Source: a virus
Lineage: Duplodnaviria > Caudoviricetes
IMG/VR virus record: IMGVR_UViG_3300048838_000585
Coordinates: 1-24,293 of that record
DNA length: 24,293 nt
Direction: 5' to 3' (one strand)
Shown: positions 15,924 through 24,192 of the stretch, in pieces
Layout of the letters: the number at the start of each line of letters is the position of its first letter
Numbering within the stretch: position 1 is the first letter of the stretch
The notes under the pieces: model-generated
The model's input: the letters and a program-made list of their open reading frames with translations, nothing else
What the model was told of the DNA's origin: nothing
The model's database searches: none
Program-made: the position numbers and the translations under genes

Positions 15924-17258
15924 TCAATCCTCCCGGCGCGTGCGCCAGCCGGCGCCGCGCCGAATCAGGCGCGGCAGGTCGGCGGACGGGGTCACGCGGT
16001 GATAGTCGAAGGTTTCCGCGCCGGTGTCGGCCGCGTTCAAGGCCAGAAAGCACGCCCACGCACGGTCGGCATGGCCGGCGCTGTCCGAGTCGGCCACAAA
16101 GCGCGGCGTGCCGGTGGGGCCGGTCACTTTCTTGAGCTTGTGCAAATCGGCACGCAGTGCGTGATCGCCCTCGGGGATGCGAATCTGACGATCCTCGAAG
16201 GCCTGCTTGCCGCGCGTGGCCAGGGTGATCTTGTTGGGGCCGGTGAACAGCACGCCTTCGATGCGCGCCTCACCATGCCGGCGCTGCGCATCCTGCACGG
16301 GTTTTTCGCCCATGCCGGTCTGGTCCATGCACACCCGCACCACGCGATAGCGCTGCATTACGTCATCCAGCAAGGCGTCCTGCTCGGCAAAGCTCACGCC
16401 ACGGCGGGCAATGACTTCGCGCGTCCAGTACACATCGCCCACTTGCTCCACCACCCAGATCACGAACAGGTCGTTGCGTGCGGCAATGTCCACGCCCACG
16501 TAGCAGGCGCCGCCCTGGTAGGCGTCCGGCTCGCCGGCATCGGCGTGTTCGCAGGCGCTGATCAATTCGAACGATAGCCAGGCGTGCGCTTCATCCAGCC
16601 ATTTGAGCTCGTACTCCTGCGCCCAGGCATCTTCGTCACCCACGCCGCGGCGCAGTTCCTCGATGTCGCGCGGCAGGCCATCGGCCACCGCCTGATAGAT
16701 GTCGGTCTGGTGTTTTTTCCACACCGGATCGCTGGCCGTCATCAGCTCGTAGAACTTGTTGGCCTTGCCGTTTGGCGTGGAAATCACCCGCAGCTTGAGG
16801 CCGGGCTTGGAAATCACCGGAAACAGCGCCCGCCAGATCGCGCGGCTGTCCTGATGGAAGGCGAACTCGTCCAACAGCACGTTTGCACTGAAGCCGCGCG
16901 CGGTGTCCGGGTTGGCCGGCAGCGCGGTGATGCGGCTGCCGCCTGGCAGCTCCACCTCCAGCGATCGGATACCCGCATCAAACGGCAGGTCAAGCTCCTT
17001 GAACCCGGCTTGCAAGGCGTGCAAATGTAGTTTCACGCCCTCGTTCATCGCCTCGCGCGCCTGGCGCTCGCCACGGCTCAGGATCACCCAGCGCGCTCGT
17101 TTGCCCGCCACCTCGGCGCGGATGCAGTCGAGCACGATCTCCAGCGTCGAGGTGAAAGTCTTGCCGCACTGGCGCGCGAACATCGCGCACTTGAAACGTG
17201 ATTCATCCTGCAGCCAGCGCCGCTGATACGGGAACAGCTGGAGCGCCGGATCACTCAT
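15924..17258 (-). CDS. terL: Terminase large subunit
   Basis: Walker A ARQCGKT, Walker B VLLDE, ISTPNG, nuclease GVDIA, DQTGMG, HADRAWA. Confidence 0.96.
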   Translation of the reverse strand: MSDPALQLFPYQRRWLQDESRFKCAMFARQCGKTFTSTLEIVLDCIRAEVAGKRARWVILSRGERQAREAMNEGVKLHLHALQAGFKELDLPFDAGIRSLEVELPGGSRITALPANPDTARGFSANVLLDEFAFHQDSRAIWRALFPVISKPGLKLRVISTPNGKANKFYELMTASDPVWKKHQTDIYQAVADGLPRDIEELRRGVGDEDAWAQEYELKWLDEAHAWLSFELISACEHADAGEPDAYQGGACYVGVDIAARNDLFVIWVVEQVGDVYWTREVIARRGVSFAEQDALLDDVMQRYRVVRVCMDQTGMGEKPVQDAQRRHGEARIEGVLFTGPNKITLATRGKQAFEDRQIRIPEGDHALRADLHKLKKVTGPTGTPRFVADSDSAGHADRAWACFLALNAADTGAETFDYHRVTPSADLPRLIRRGAGWRTRRED

Positions 17259-17821
17259 AGGTCATAGGCCGCCTTGATGACCGCCGCCACAGCGGCAGGG
17301 TCCAGTGCGCCACTGGCGCCCAGGGCCTCGATCTTTTCGCGCTGCTCGCGCAAGGCCATCTCACGCGCCTCGGCGGCAATCTTGGCGCGACGCGATACGC
17401 CCATGCGGCGCGCATCGTTCACCTTCACCGCAATGGCCGCAAAGCGGGCCGCATCCTCGGTTTTCAGCTCGCCGCCAGTGCGCGCTTGCTGCACGGCCTT
17501 GATGGCAAACACGGTCGCCGCTTGGGTGAGGTAATCCGCCGCTGCCTCGCCGAACTGGTCGCCGGTGCCGCCAAACACCGCCTTGGCGGCGGTCTCGATC
17601 TCCATCAGCTCGTGCATGTCCTCGCGGATGCCTTGCTCGTGGCGGTGCAGGGCGCTGCGCGACACCTCGGCCGCAGGTTCGCCCGGCCAGCGCCGGCGCA
17701 GGTCGGCAATCAATTCATCCAGCGTCATCGAGCCTGCGCGGATGGCGCGCTCGATATAGGCCCGCTGCTCTTCCGGCAGGCGCGTGATGCTGGAGGTCTT
17801 GCGCCGGCGCAGGCGAGCCAT
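17255..17821 (-). CDS. Mu gp27-like (DUF3486) putative terminase small subunit
   Basis: Start at 17821 after GGAGG; SSITRLP and VSRSALHR motifs; directly upstream of terL. Confidence 0.88.
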   Translation of the reverse strand: MARLRRRKTSSITRLPEEQRAYIERAIRAGSMTLDELIADLRRRWPGEPAAEVSRSALHRHEQGIREDMHELMEIETAAKAVFGGTGDQFGEAAADYLTQAATVFAIKAVQQARTGGELKTEDAARFAAIAVKVNDARRMGVSRRAKIAAEAREMALREQREKIEALGASGALDPAAVAAVIKAAYDL

Positions 17822-17822
17822 G

Positions 17823-18131
17823 TCACAGCCTCCGGCGCGGGGCGGATAGGCCCTCGATGTCGATGCCCCCGCGCAGGTAATCCTCGCCACGTTCGGTCAG
17901 ACGCACGCCCATGGCATTGGTGTGCAGTGGCTCCAGCGCCACCAGCCCGGCCCGCTCCAGAAATGCCAGATCACCCTCCACCTGCTCGATGTCGAGGTTC
18001 TGCAAGCTGGCCGCATACAGCGCGGTCTTGAGTGTGGTGGACGTGGTGATGCCGCCGGGTCGAGCTGCGGTTTCGCGCAACAGGATCAATCGACGATCTT
18101 CGATCAAGGTGCGGGCAAAGGATTTCGTCAT
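17823..18131 (-). CDS. Mu gp26-like winged-helix protein
   Basis: EDRRLILLR...DLAFLERAGLV...LTERGEDYLRG. Confidence 0.85.
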   Translation of the reverse strand: MTKSFARTLIEDRRLILLRETAARPGGITTSTTLKTALYAASLQNLDIEQVEGDLAFLERAGLVALEPLHTNAMGVRLTERGEDYLRGGIDIEGLSAPRRRL

Positions 18132-18406
18132 GGCAGAGTCCTCAAAAAGTCCTGGATGCTCAGCACGGCCTCTTGCGTGCTCTTGCTGCGCTCGATCAGC
18201 GCAGACAGTTGTTCGCTTTGCTGTTGCTGGCGCGCGCGGATGTCGTCGATGCCGATCAGCTGCACCTCGATCACCGACAGGCGCCGGTCGATGCGGTTGG
18301 TGTGGTCGCGCGTGGTCTCGTGCCGGTGCCAGATCATCAGGATCAAGCCGGTATGGGCCAGCACCAGGCCGAGCGACACCACGGCCAGCAGGGGAATCAG
18401 GTCCAT
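18128..18406 (-). CDS. Mu gp25-like membrane-anchored coiled-coil protein
   Basis: AAGGAG RBS; N-terminal TM plus coiled coil (RLSVIEVQL); position before gp26. Confidence 0.7.
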   Translation of the reverse strand: MDLIPLLAVVSLGLVLAHTGLILMIWHRHETTRDHTNRIDRRLSVIEVQLIGIDDIRARQQQQSEQLSALIERSKSTQEAVLSIQDFLRTLP

Positions 18407-18420
18407 CGGCACTCCTTGGG

Positions 18421-18657
18421 TTACAGCCATCCAGCGACCTCCGCCATCATTTGGCATTCGAAACACCGGCGCGCATGGGGCGCGGCCGCCAGACGTTCGG
18501 CAGGCACCGGCATGCCGCAGTCGAGGCAGTCGCGTGGTGCGCCGGCCGGCAAGGCCGGATCGATCTCATCGCGCAACACGGCCGCACGGTGCGCTGCCAA
18601 GGCGCGTTCGATGTGCGCATCGATCTCGGCATCGGACAGGTCAGCCAGATCAGCCAT
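18421..18657 (-). CDS. TraR/DksA C4 zinc-finger protein
   Basis: MADLAD start; CLDCG...ERLAAAPHARRCFECQ. Confidence 0.92.
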   Translation of the reverse strand: MADLADLSDAEIDAHIERALAAHRAAVLRDEIDPALPAGAPRDCLDCGMPVPAERLAAAPHARRCFECQMMAEVAGWL

Positions 18658-18913
18658 GGCTGAATCTCCCAGGCTCATCGGCCAGCAAGGCTTCCAGATC
18701 GGTGATCACCATCGTCAGAACCACCGCCTGCAAATGCGAAGCGCGACGGAACGCGATGGATGTTTCAGTATCCGACTGCCTTTTCTCCAACTGCGCACGA
18801 CGGTTCGCGTAGTCGCGCAACAGGGGCAGCAAGCTGGCCGCCGGCACAGCCTGGCCCGGCGACACCTTCAGCCGCAGCGGCCGCGCAGTAGCTTTGGTGG
18901 ACGGCGCGCTCAT
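18650..18913 (-). CDS. Hypothetical protein (87 aa)
   Basis: GGAGG RBS, ATGA overlap with i-spanin stop; helical C-terminus. Confidence 0.65.
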   Translation of the reverse strand: MSAPSTKATARPLRLKVSPGQAVPAASLLPLLRDYANRRAQLEKRQSDTETSIAFRRASHLQAVVLTMVITDLEALLADEPGRFSHG

Positions 18914-19238
18914 GGTCGGCGTGCGCCTCCATCAATCGCAGCATCCGGCAGCGGCAGCGGTGGTACTGCTCGGCGGCCGCCAGATAGTTGCGGATCAGTG
19001 CCGGAAGGCTGTCGCCCGTCAGCGTCGGCAGTGCGACCGGGCACGGCTCCATCAGCGCCTTCGGCAAGGATGGCGGTGGCATCGGTGGCAGGGTGGGCAC
19101 CAATGGCGGCCGCGTTCCATGCGAGCACGCCATCAGGCCCAATGCGGCAATCCACCCACTCAGGATGACGCGCCAGCAAACTCTCGATGTCGGCGCGCTG
19201 GCTGGCAAATGCCGCATCGAGCGAAGCAAGGTCATCAT
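18765..19238 (-). CDS. o-spanin (Rz1-like lipoprotein), nested/overlapping; start uncertain
   Basis: Lipobox LMA-C (Cys codon at 19127), Pro-rich linker, LMEPCP...YHRC; GAGGG before ATG 19238. Confidence 0.78.
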   Translation of the reverse strand: MMTLLRSMRHLPASAPTSRVCWRVILSGWIAALGLMACSHGTRPPLVPTLPPMPPPSLPKALMEPCPVALPTLTGDSLPALIRNYLAAAEQYHRCRCRMLRLMEAHADHERAVHQSYCAAAAAEGVAGPGCAGGQLAAPVARLREPSCAVGEKAVGY

Positions 19239-19497
19239 GCAAACCCTCGGCGGTAGTCTCAAAACGAATCTGTGCGCTGCGGAAATCCTGCGCCACGGCC
19301 AAGCCACGTCGCCGCAACTCCAGCGAGGCGGCATCAAGCGCATCCACATGGCGGCGCAGGTCGTCGCGCTCGATCTGCGCATCGCGCCCGCTGCGCCATT
19401 CCGAACCCACCCAGGCGCCCACGGCAAAGGCAGCCACCGCCATCACCAGCAGCGCAGCCAGCGCAGGGCCGAGTGGCAAGGTGCCAGGCAGCGTCAT
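18910..19497 (-). CDS. i-spanin (Rz-like)
   Basis: N-terminal TM, coiled coil, DCRIGPDGVLAWNAA; follows endolysin and hosts a lipoprotein in another frame. Confidence 0.82.
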   Translation of the reverse strand: MTLPGTLPLGPALAALLVMAVAAFAVGAWVGSEWRSGRDAQIERDDLRRHVDALDAASLELRRRGLAVAQDFRSAQIRFETTAEGLHDDLASLDAAFASQRADIESLLARHPEWVDCRIGPDGVLAWNAAAIGAHPATDATAILAEGADGAVPGRTADADGRQPSGTDPQLSGGRRAVPPLPLPDAAIDGGARRP

Positions 19498-20183
19498 GGC
19501 GTCACCTCACAAGCCGGCGCCCCCGACCACCCAGCCGCGTGATAGGCCGGTTCCAGCTTCAACAGGATGCGTTCCACGTAACTGCGATTTTCGCGCTTGG
19601 CCCAGCCGGCGCGGGCGGTGTAATGCTCCACCTGACCAAACCACACATCATCCTCTGCGCCCTGCGCGGCCGCGCGCTTGCGGTCGCGCCGCAGCCAGCC
19701 CTCGCCGCCGTTGTAGGCCGACAGGCCAAACGCCCAGGTGTCGCACTCGGTCGCGCCGGGATTGCGCGTGGTCAGCCAATGGTCGTAGATCACCATGGCG
19801 CGCACCGCTTGCACCGGGTCCCATGGATCAAACCCGCCCAACTTGTCGGGGAACTTGGCGGCAATCCATTCGGCGGTGGCCGGGGTGAATTGCGCCATGC
19901 CGTGCGCGTACTGACTGGCCGCCTTGGGCCGCCACAACGATTCGGCATGAATCTGTGCCGCAATGCGCGCCGTCGGCGCAGCAATGCCCCACACCTCGGC
20001 CGCTTCACGCTCCACCATCAGGCGGTGCAGGGGCGCAACTTCGGGCAGGGTCGGCGCGGCCTCGGCCGCGCGGGCCGCACAAGCTGGAAACAACCCACCC
20101 AGCACCCCAGCCACCAGCAACGCGCACCCGCAAATGCGGATCGCGGATGGTCCAAGTACGGCATGCAGCGCGCGACGGATCAT
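19494..20183 (-). CDS. Endolysin, SLT lytic transglycosylase with N-terminal export signal
   Basis: QIHAES (catalytic Glu), GMAQFTPAT, AYNGG, ENRSYV; hydrophobic N-terminus ending in ARA-AE. Confidence 0.93.
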   Translation of the reverse strand: MIRRALHAVLGPSAIRICGCALLVAGVLGGLFPACAARAAEAAPTLPEVAPLHRLMVEREAAEVWGIAAPTARIAAQIHAESLWRPKAASQYAHGMAQFTPATAEWIAAKFPDKLGGFDPWDPVQAVRAMVIYDHWLTTRNPGATECDTWAFGLSAYNGGEGWLRRDRKRAAAQGAEDDVWFGQVEHYTARAGWAKRENRSYVERILLKLEPAYHAAGWSGAPACEVTP

Positions 20184-20485
20184 GGCGCAAACGCCGCCGC
20201 GATGATGGCCGCTGCCATCAGGGTGACGCGCCGGGTGTAGGCCATGGCGCGCTCGATGCCTTCGAGCTGGGCCACATGCGGATCATCCCACGTGTGAAAC
20301 AGCGCCACGCCGATCAGGGCCGACGCAATGATCTTGGCGCCCAGCCACGCGCCCACCAGCAGCTTCATTGGATTCGCCAGCGCCACAACGCCGATCAGCA
20401 CCAGCGCCAGCAACACCCACGCGGCACGATCACGGTGGCCAAACAGCCAGTTCGAAAGGGATTTGATTCGGGTTCGAAGATCCAT
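20180..20485 (-). CDS. Putative holin (three hydrophobic segments)
   Basis: GGAG RBS before ATG 20485; first gene of lysis cassette; C-terminal RRVTLMAAAIIA. Confidence 0.8.
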   Translation of the reverse strand: MDLRTRIKSLSNWLFGHRDRAAWVLLALVLIGVVALANPMKLLVGAWLGAKIIASALIGVALFHTWDDPHVAQLEGIERAMAYTRRVTLMAAAIIAAAFAP

Positions 20486-20500
20486 TGCACGCTCCGCTGA

Positions 20501-20580
20501 CAAAAGAACCCGGCGACGGCGGAGGGGAGTCGCCGCCGCCGGGTGCCCTGTGCGTGCGATGGGAAGGGGTCACCGCACAC
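20501..20580 (-). ncRNA. Two-hairpin leader/small RNA ending in an intrinsic terminator
   Basis: 10-bp stem with loop ACCCCUUCC; 14-bp stem with loop ACUCCCCUC followed by UCUUUU; G-U pairs form only on minus. Confidence 0.7.
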
Positions 20581-20586
20581 GCACCC

Positions 20587-20632
20587 AGCTTGCGCGCGCG
20601 CGGCGGTTTGAAGGTAAGGAAGCCCTCCCCCG
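20587..20632 (-). promoter_or_regulatory. Putative Mor/C-activated late promoter for lysis-packaging operon
   Basis: Second copy of the 20-bp motif with -10-like CAAGCT at identical spacing. Confidence 0.75.
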
Positions 20633-20659
20633 AAACAAAAGCCCCGCCGAAGCGGGGCT
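20633..20659 (-). terminator. Rho-independent terminator after mor
   Basis: AGCCCCGC-UUCG-GCGGGGCU-UUUGUUU. Confidence 0.9.
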
Positions 20660-20683
20660 GGGTTGGGCTGGTGTGGCAGGCGA

Positions 20684-21115
20684 TTACGCCTCGCCCTCAT
20701 CCTCTGGGAACAGCCATCCTTGCATCTTCGCGCGACGCAACAGGGTTTGCTCCCGCACGATCTGAGCGATTCGGCGTGGCGTCACCTTGTATTGCCGCGC
20801 CAACAGCTCGTAATTGCCGCTGCGCGCCGCGTGGAAAATTTCGTCGTACATCAGCGCCCGCTTGAGGTCTTCGCCGGCGGGCAAGTACAGGTTGCGCCCG
20901 CCCACATAGAACGCCTGCGCCGCCACCACGGCCCGCGCCAGCACCTCGGCGCGCTCGGGCTTGACGTTGGCTCGCACCATCGCCAGCACGCTCACATCCA
21001 GCAAGGCGCGCAACACCGCGGGCCAACGGTTGGTTTCCACCCCACGGCTGACGGTATCGGCCAGGGCTGCGGCATCCTGCATCTCCAGCTCGAAGGCTTC
21101 CGGTTCGTCGTTCAT
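20684..21115 (-). CDS. mor: Mor/C family transcription activator
   Basis: Start 21115 (AGGAG RBS, ATGA overlap); YVGGRNLYLP...DEIF...NYELLARQYKVTPRRIAQIV. Confidence 0.92.
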   Translation of the reverse strand: MNDEPEAFELEMQDAAALADTVSRGVETNRWPAVLRALLDVSVLAMVRANVKPERAEVLARAVVAAQAFYVGGRNLYLPAGEDLKRALMYDEIFHAARSGNYELLARQYKVTPRRIAQIVREQTLLRRAKMQGWLFPEDEGEA

Positions 21116-21696
21116 GCGTTCGGCTCCTGCTTGGCGCGCGCCTCGGCGATATAGGCGTCGCGTTGTTCGGACGTCCACACATCCAGCGAGTGCATGTGAT
21201 TGGCATACAGCACCGCATCGGTGAATGGATTGTCGGCAGCGTTCTGCGCGCGTGGCGCATCGCGATGGCGGCCCGCGCGGCGCATGTCTTCCTGTTGCCG
21301 CTCGGCCTCGGCCTCGTGCTTGTCGGCCAGGGTGAATACCACTTTTCGCAGGTAGTTGTGGCCGCCCAGCGGCAAGCCCGCAGGCGGCGTGGCCAGCAAC
21401 TGTTCGATGCCTGCGGCCCACAGTGCGGCCGGCGCTGCGCGCCACACGCCGGCACGCTCATCACTGCACACGCGGCCCGCATCAATCAGCGCAATCAATT
21501 CCTGCGCGATCTTCACCGCACGCGCCAGCCGCAAACCCTGCTTGGCCGGCTTGAACAGGCGCAGATAGCCGAGCACCGCCCGCCCCAGCGCCGGGTCCAT
21601 CGCGGCAAACAAGGCCGCCAAACGCTTGCCATCGCCTTCGATGAACCCGGCCTCGATCGGGAACTCGGTGCCGCAGCAGGGGCAGTTCAGTTGCAC
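21112..21696 (-). CDS. Hypothetical early protein with N-terminal CPCC motif
   Basis: MQLNCPCCG...YLRLFKPAKQGL...LPLGGHNYLRKV; tightly packed between gemA and mor. Confidence 0.8.
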   Translation of the reverse strand: MQLNCPCCGTEFPIEAGFIEGDGKRLAALFAAMDPALGRAVLGYLRLFKPAKQGLRLARAVKIAQELIALIDAGRVCSDERAGVWRAAPAALWAAGIEQLLATPPAGLPLGGHNYLRKVVFTLADKHEAEAERQQEDMRRAGRHRDAPRAQNAADNPFTDAVLYANHMHSLDVWTSEQRDAYIAEARAKQEPNA

Positions 21697-22131
21697 TTAC
21701 GCCCTCGCCACATGCCGACGGCGGTCGTATTCCAGCGCCGCCACCACCTTGCGCAGCACCTCATCGGAGCAGAACTCCAGCCGCTCGCCACCGCCCAGCT
21801 TTTTGCCGAGCGCGTGGCCATAGGCCCACGGCTTGCGGCCCGTGGCCAGCAACGCGCCGATCTTGCGCAGCAGCGGCTTGTCGTTGACGTTGCGCGGTCG
21901 GTCGGCGCGCACATCGAACGCGCGCCCTTGGCTGCGATTGAGGTGCGCCAGCACCGCGGCCAGTTGCACATCCGTCATGGCCGCGCAGCTTTCACACGCC
22001 GGCCCATGCTCGCCGGAAACCCGCACCTGCATCGCACGGCGCGCTTCTTCGTCCATGCCCAGCTTGGTGGCTGCGGCGTGGATGGCGGCAATCACACGGC
22101 GGCGGCTGAAGGGTGCGGCCGACGCACTCAT
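21697..22131 (-). CDS. gemA: GemA / Mu gp16-like regulatory protein
   Basis: IAAIHAAATKLGMDEEARRAM...SCAAMT..QLAAVLAHL; KIGALL..PWAY; LRKVVAAL. Confidence 0.88.
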   Translation of the reverse strand: MSASAAPFSRRRVIAAIHAAATKLGMDEEARRAMQVRVSGEHGPACESCAAMTDVQLAAVLAHLNRSQGRAFDVRADRPRNVNDKPLLRKIGALLATGRKPWAYGHALGKKLGGGERLEFCSDEVLRKVVAALEYDRRRHVARA

Positions 22132-22658
22132 GCCACACACTCCTGCACCGCAAACCCATCATCGCCCTGCAAGGCCTGAATGAGCTTGTCCAGATCGCCA
22201 TCGGTGGCCGCCAGCACGATCACATCGCCCGTGTTCAGCACGTTGACACCGAGCTTCTTGAGCGTACCCACATCGAGATTCTGCAAAGCCTTCTTGATCG
22301 GCTTTTCCGTCACCTTCACCAGGGCTTCAACCTGTTGCGGCAGGTGCTTGTGAATCAGCTTGATCGTGGCCGCTTCATCGGCAATGTCCAGCCCGCCGCG
22401 CCCCTTCTGGTAGCCCACTCGGATGCCGTGCAATACCCGCGTGCGCGGCTCCGTGAACAAGCTCGGCGCGGCCTCGATGGCGGCGCGCAGTTCGTCCTCA
22501 GCCCGCTTGTGGGCGCGCAGCGCATCAAGGATGCCAGCACGGTGCTGCTCGCGCATCACCGTGATTTCAGCATCGAGCGCGTGGATTGCGGCCGCAAGGT
22601 CATCACGGCAGGCGGCGTAGTAGCGGGTGCGTTCTTCGATTTCGGTCATGTCGGTCAC
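22128..22658 (-). CDS. gam: Gam-like host-nuclease inhibitor
   Basis: Coiled coil then LFTEPRTRVLHGIRVGYQKG...KPIKKAL...LKKLGV; early-region position. Confidence 0.72.
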   Translation of the reverse strand: MTDMTEIEERTRYYAACRDDLAAAIHALDAEITVMREQHRAGILDALRAHKRAEDELRAAIEAAPSLFTEPRTRVLHGIRVGYQKGRGGLDIADEAATIKLIHKHLPQQVEALVKVTEKPIKKALQNLDVGTLKKLGVNVLNTGDVIVLAATDGDLDKLIQALQGDDGFAVQECVA

Positions 22659-22661
22659 GGG

Positions 22662-22913
22662 TCAATCCTCCGGGTTGGCGGCTGCAAACCGCATGTCTTG
22701 GGCAATGTCGGAAAACTTTTCGGCGATGCACGGCGCAAGCTCTGGCCGGTGTAGGTCAAACCATGCGGCGCGCAAGGTCTCCGCCGTTTGGCGTGAGCAT
22801 CCAAACCGGCGCACCACCTCGTCGGTGCTGGGCGCTCGCGTCATCGCGTCCGCCCACAAGGCAAACGCCATCGCGCGACGCAACACGCGCCCTGATTGGC
22901 CTCGGCGGCTCAT
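22662..22913 (-). CDS. Small HTH-like hypothetical protein (start 22913 or 22922)
   Basis: PSTDEVVRRFGCSRQTAETLR; ATGA overlap at 22913. Confidence 0.68.
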   Translation of the reverse strand: MSRRGQSGRVLRRAMAFALWADAMTRAPSTDEVVRRFGCSRQTAETLRAAWFDLHRPELAPCIAEKFSDIAQDMRFAAANPED

Positions 22914-23224
22914 GTTGCCCATGACAGCCTCCGATGCGCATCGCTGGGCCCGATGACCTCCCACTCCACTTTTGCGCCGTGGCACACCGCCACGTACACC
23001 GTGCGCGTGGCGCCATGTTGGGTAACGCGCTTGTGCAGCGCGCCGCGCAACCAGCAGCGCACCGGCGGCGGGTCAATGCGGATGATCGGCCTGCGGCCGC
23101 GCAGCTCGATCTCGCGCACCACGCACCCCATGTCATCGAGGTGGAACACCGCATCCATGGCCGACTTGGCCGCGTCAATGAAATAGGCATTGCCCAGGGC
23201 AAGGCTGGCCTTGGTGGTGTTCAT
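22910..23224 (-). CDS. Hypothetical early protein (104 aa)
   Basis: ATGA overlap with MuB stop; GGAGG RBS; ends ...HGAKVEWE. Confidence 0.75.
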   Translation of the reverse strand: MNTTKASLALGNAYFIDAAKSAMDAVFHLDDMGCVVREIELRGRRPIIRIDPPPVRCWLRGALHKRVTQHGATRTVYVAVCHGAKVEWEVIGPSDAHRRLSWAT

Positions 23225-24192
23225 TCCGCACCTCCCAATTCGCGCCATGCCGCTTTCACGTCGGCGCCGTTGATCGTGCGCCCCTCGGCCGCCGCGTGCA
23301 TCGCAGCCAGCCGCAGGGTTTTGGATACCCCGCGCAGCGCGCCGGGCTTGCTCGCAATGCCCATCAGCGCCGGCCGGCATTCTTCGCCCGCGTTCCAGGC
23401 GTCGGCCAGGGCCTTCACATCCTCCGAAGCTGGCCGCACCAGCCGCACCCTTTTCCCGATGCGTGAAAACAACCGATCCAAATACGCCGCACGGTTGCCG
23501 CCCGTCATGCGTGCATACACCTGTTCATTGCCAACCAGGGCGATACCGATGCCGGTGGCATCATGGATGCCGCGCACCTGGTCGAGCGCCGCCACCGTCA
23601 GGTGCTGCGCCTCATCGATTACCAGCAGCCCGCCCGTGCCAGTCACGCGCTTGCACACCGCGCGATGCAGACGCGCTGCGCTACCCACCGCGCCACCCGC
23701 CGACACCGCATCGGCCACTTCCTCCAGCGCCATCACCACGCCCGCCGAAGCCGGGGTGATCGTGGCGTGCCACACGTTCGGCGCCATCCTCTCAAACTGG
23801 CGGATGCTGGTGGTTTTGCTCATGCCTGCGCCGCCGTAGATCACCGCAATGTCACCAGCCACCTGCGCGTAGCGCAGCGCGGCGATGATGCGCAGCGTGC
23901 TGGGAGTTTCGATATAGTCCGGCGCCGCCGGCATGGCTCCGGCGCTGGCGCGCTTGGCCTGCTCACTGTCGAACCAGCGCAGCACCTTGGCCTCCACCGC
24001 CGCGTTGTCGCCGGCGTAGGTGCCCGATAGCCACTGACTCAGTGAGGCGGCGCTGATGCCCGCCTCACGCGCAATCCGCACCTGACTGAGTGCGCGGTTT
24101 GCCTCCATCATCGCCCGCAGCTCAAGCCGCAGGTCCGGCGTGTAATCCACCGATGCCGTACTGGGCATCGAATCATCGTTGCTGTTGTCCAT
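23221..24192 (-). CDS. MuB-like DNA transposition AAA+ ATPase
   Basis: N-terminal HTH (IAREAGISAASLSQWLSGTYAGD), Walker A region GGAGMSKT, Walker B LLVIDEAQHL, LVGN, LFSRIG, KPGALR. Confidence 0.95.
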   Translation of the reverse strand: MDNSNDDSMPSTASVDYTPDLRLELRAMMEANRALSQVRIAREAGISAASLSQWLSGTYAGDNAAVEAKVLRWFDSEQAKRASAGAMPAAPDYIETPSTLRIIAALRYAQVAGDIAVIYGGAGMSKTTSIRQFERMAPNVWHATITPASAGVVMALEEVADAVSAGGAVGSAARLHRAVCKRVTGTGGLLVIDEAQHLTVAALDQVRGIHDATGIGIALVGNEQVYARMTGGNRAAYLDRLFSRIGKRVRLVRPASEDVKALADAWNAGEECRPALMGIASKPGALRGVSKTLRLAAMHAAAEGRTINGADVKAAWRELGGAE

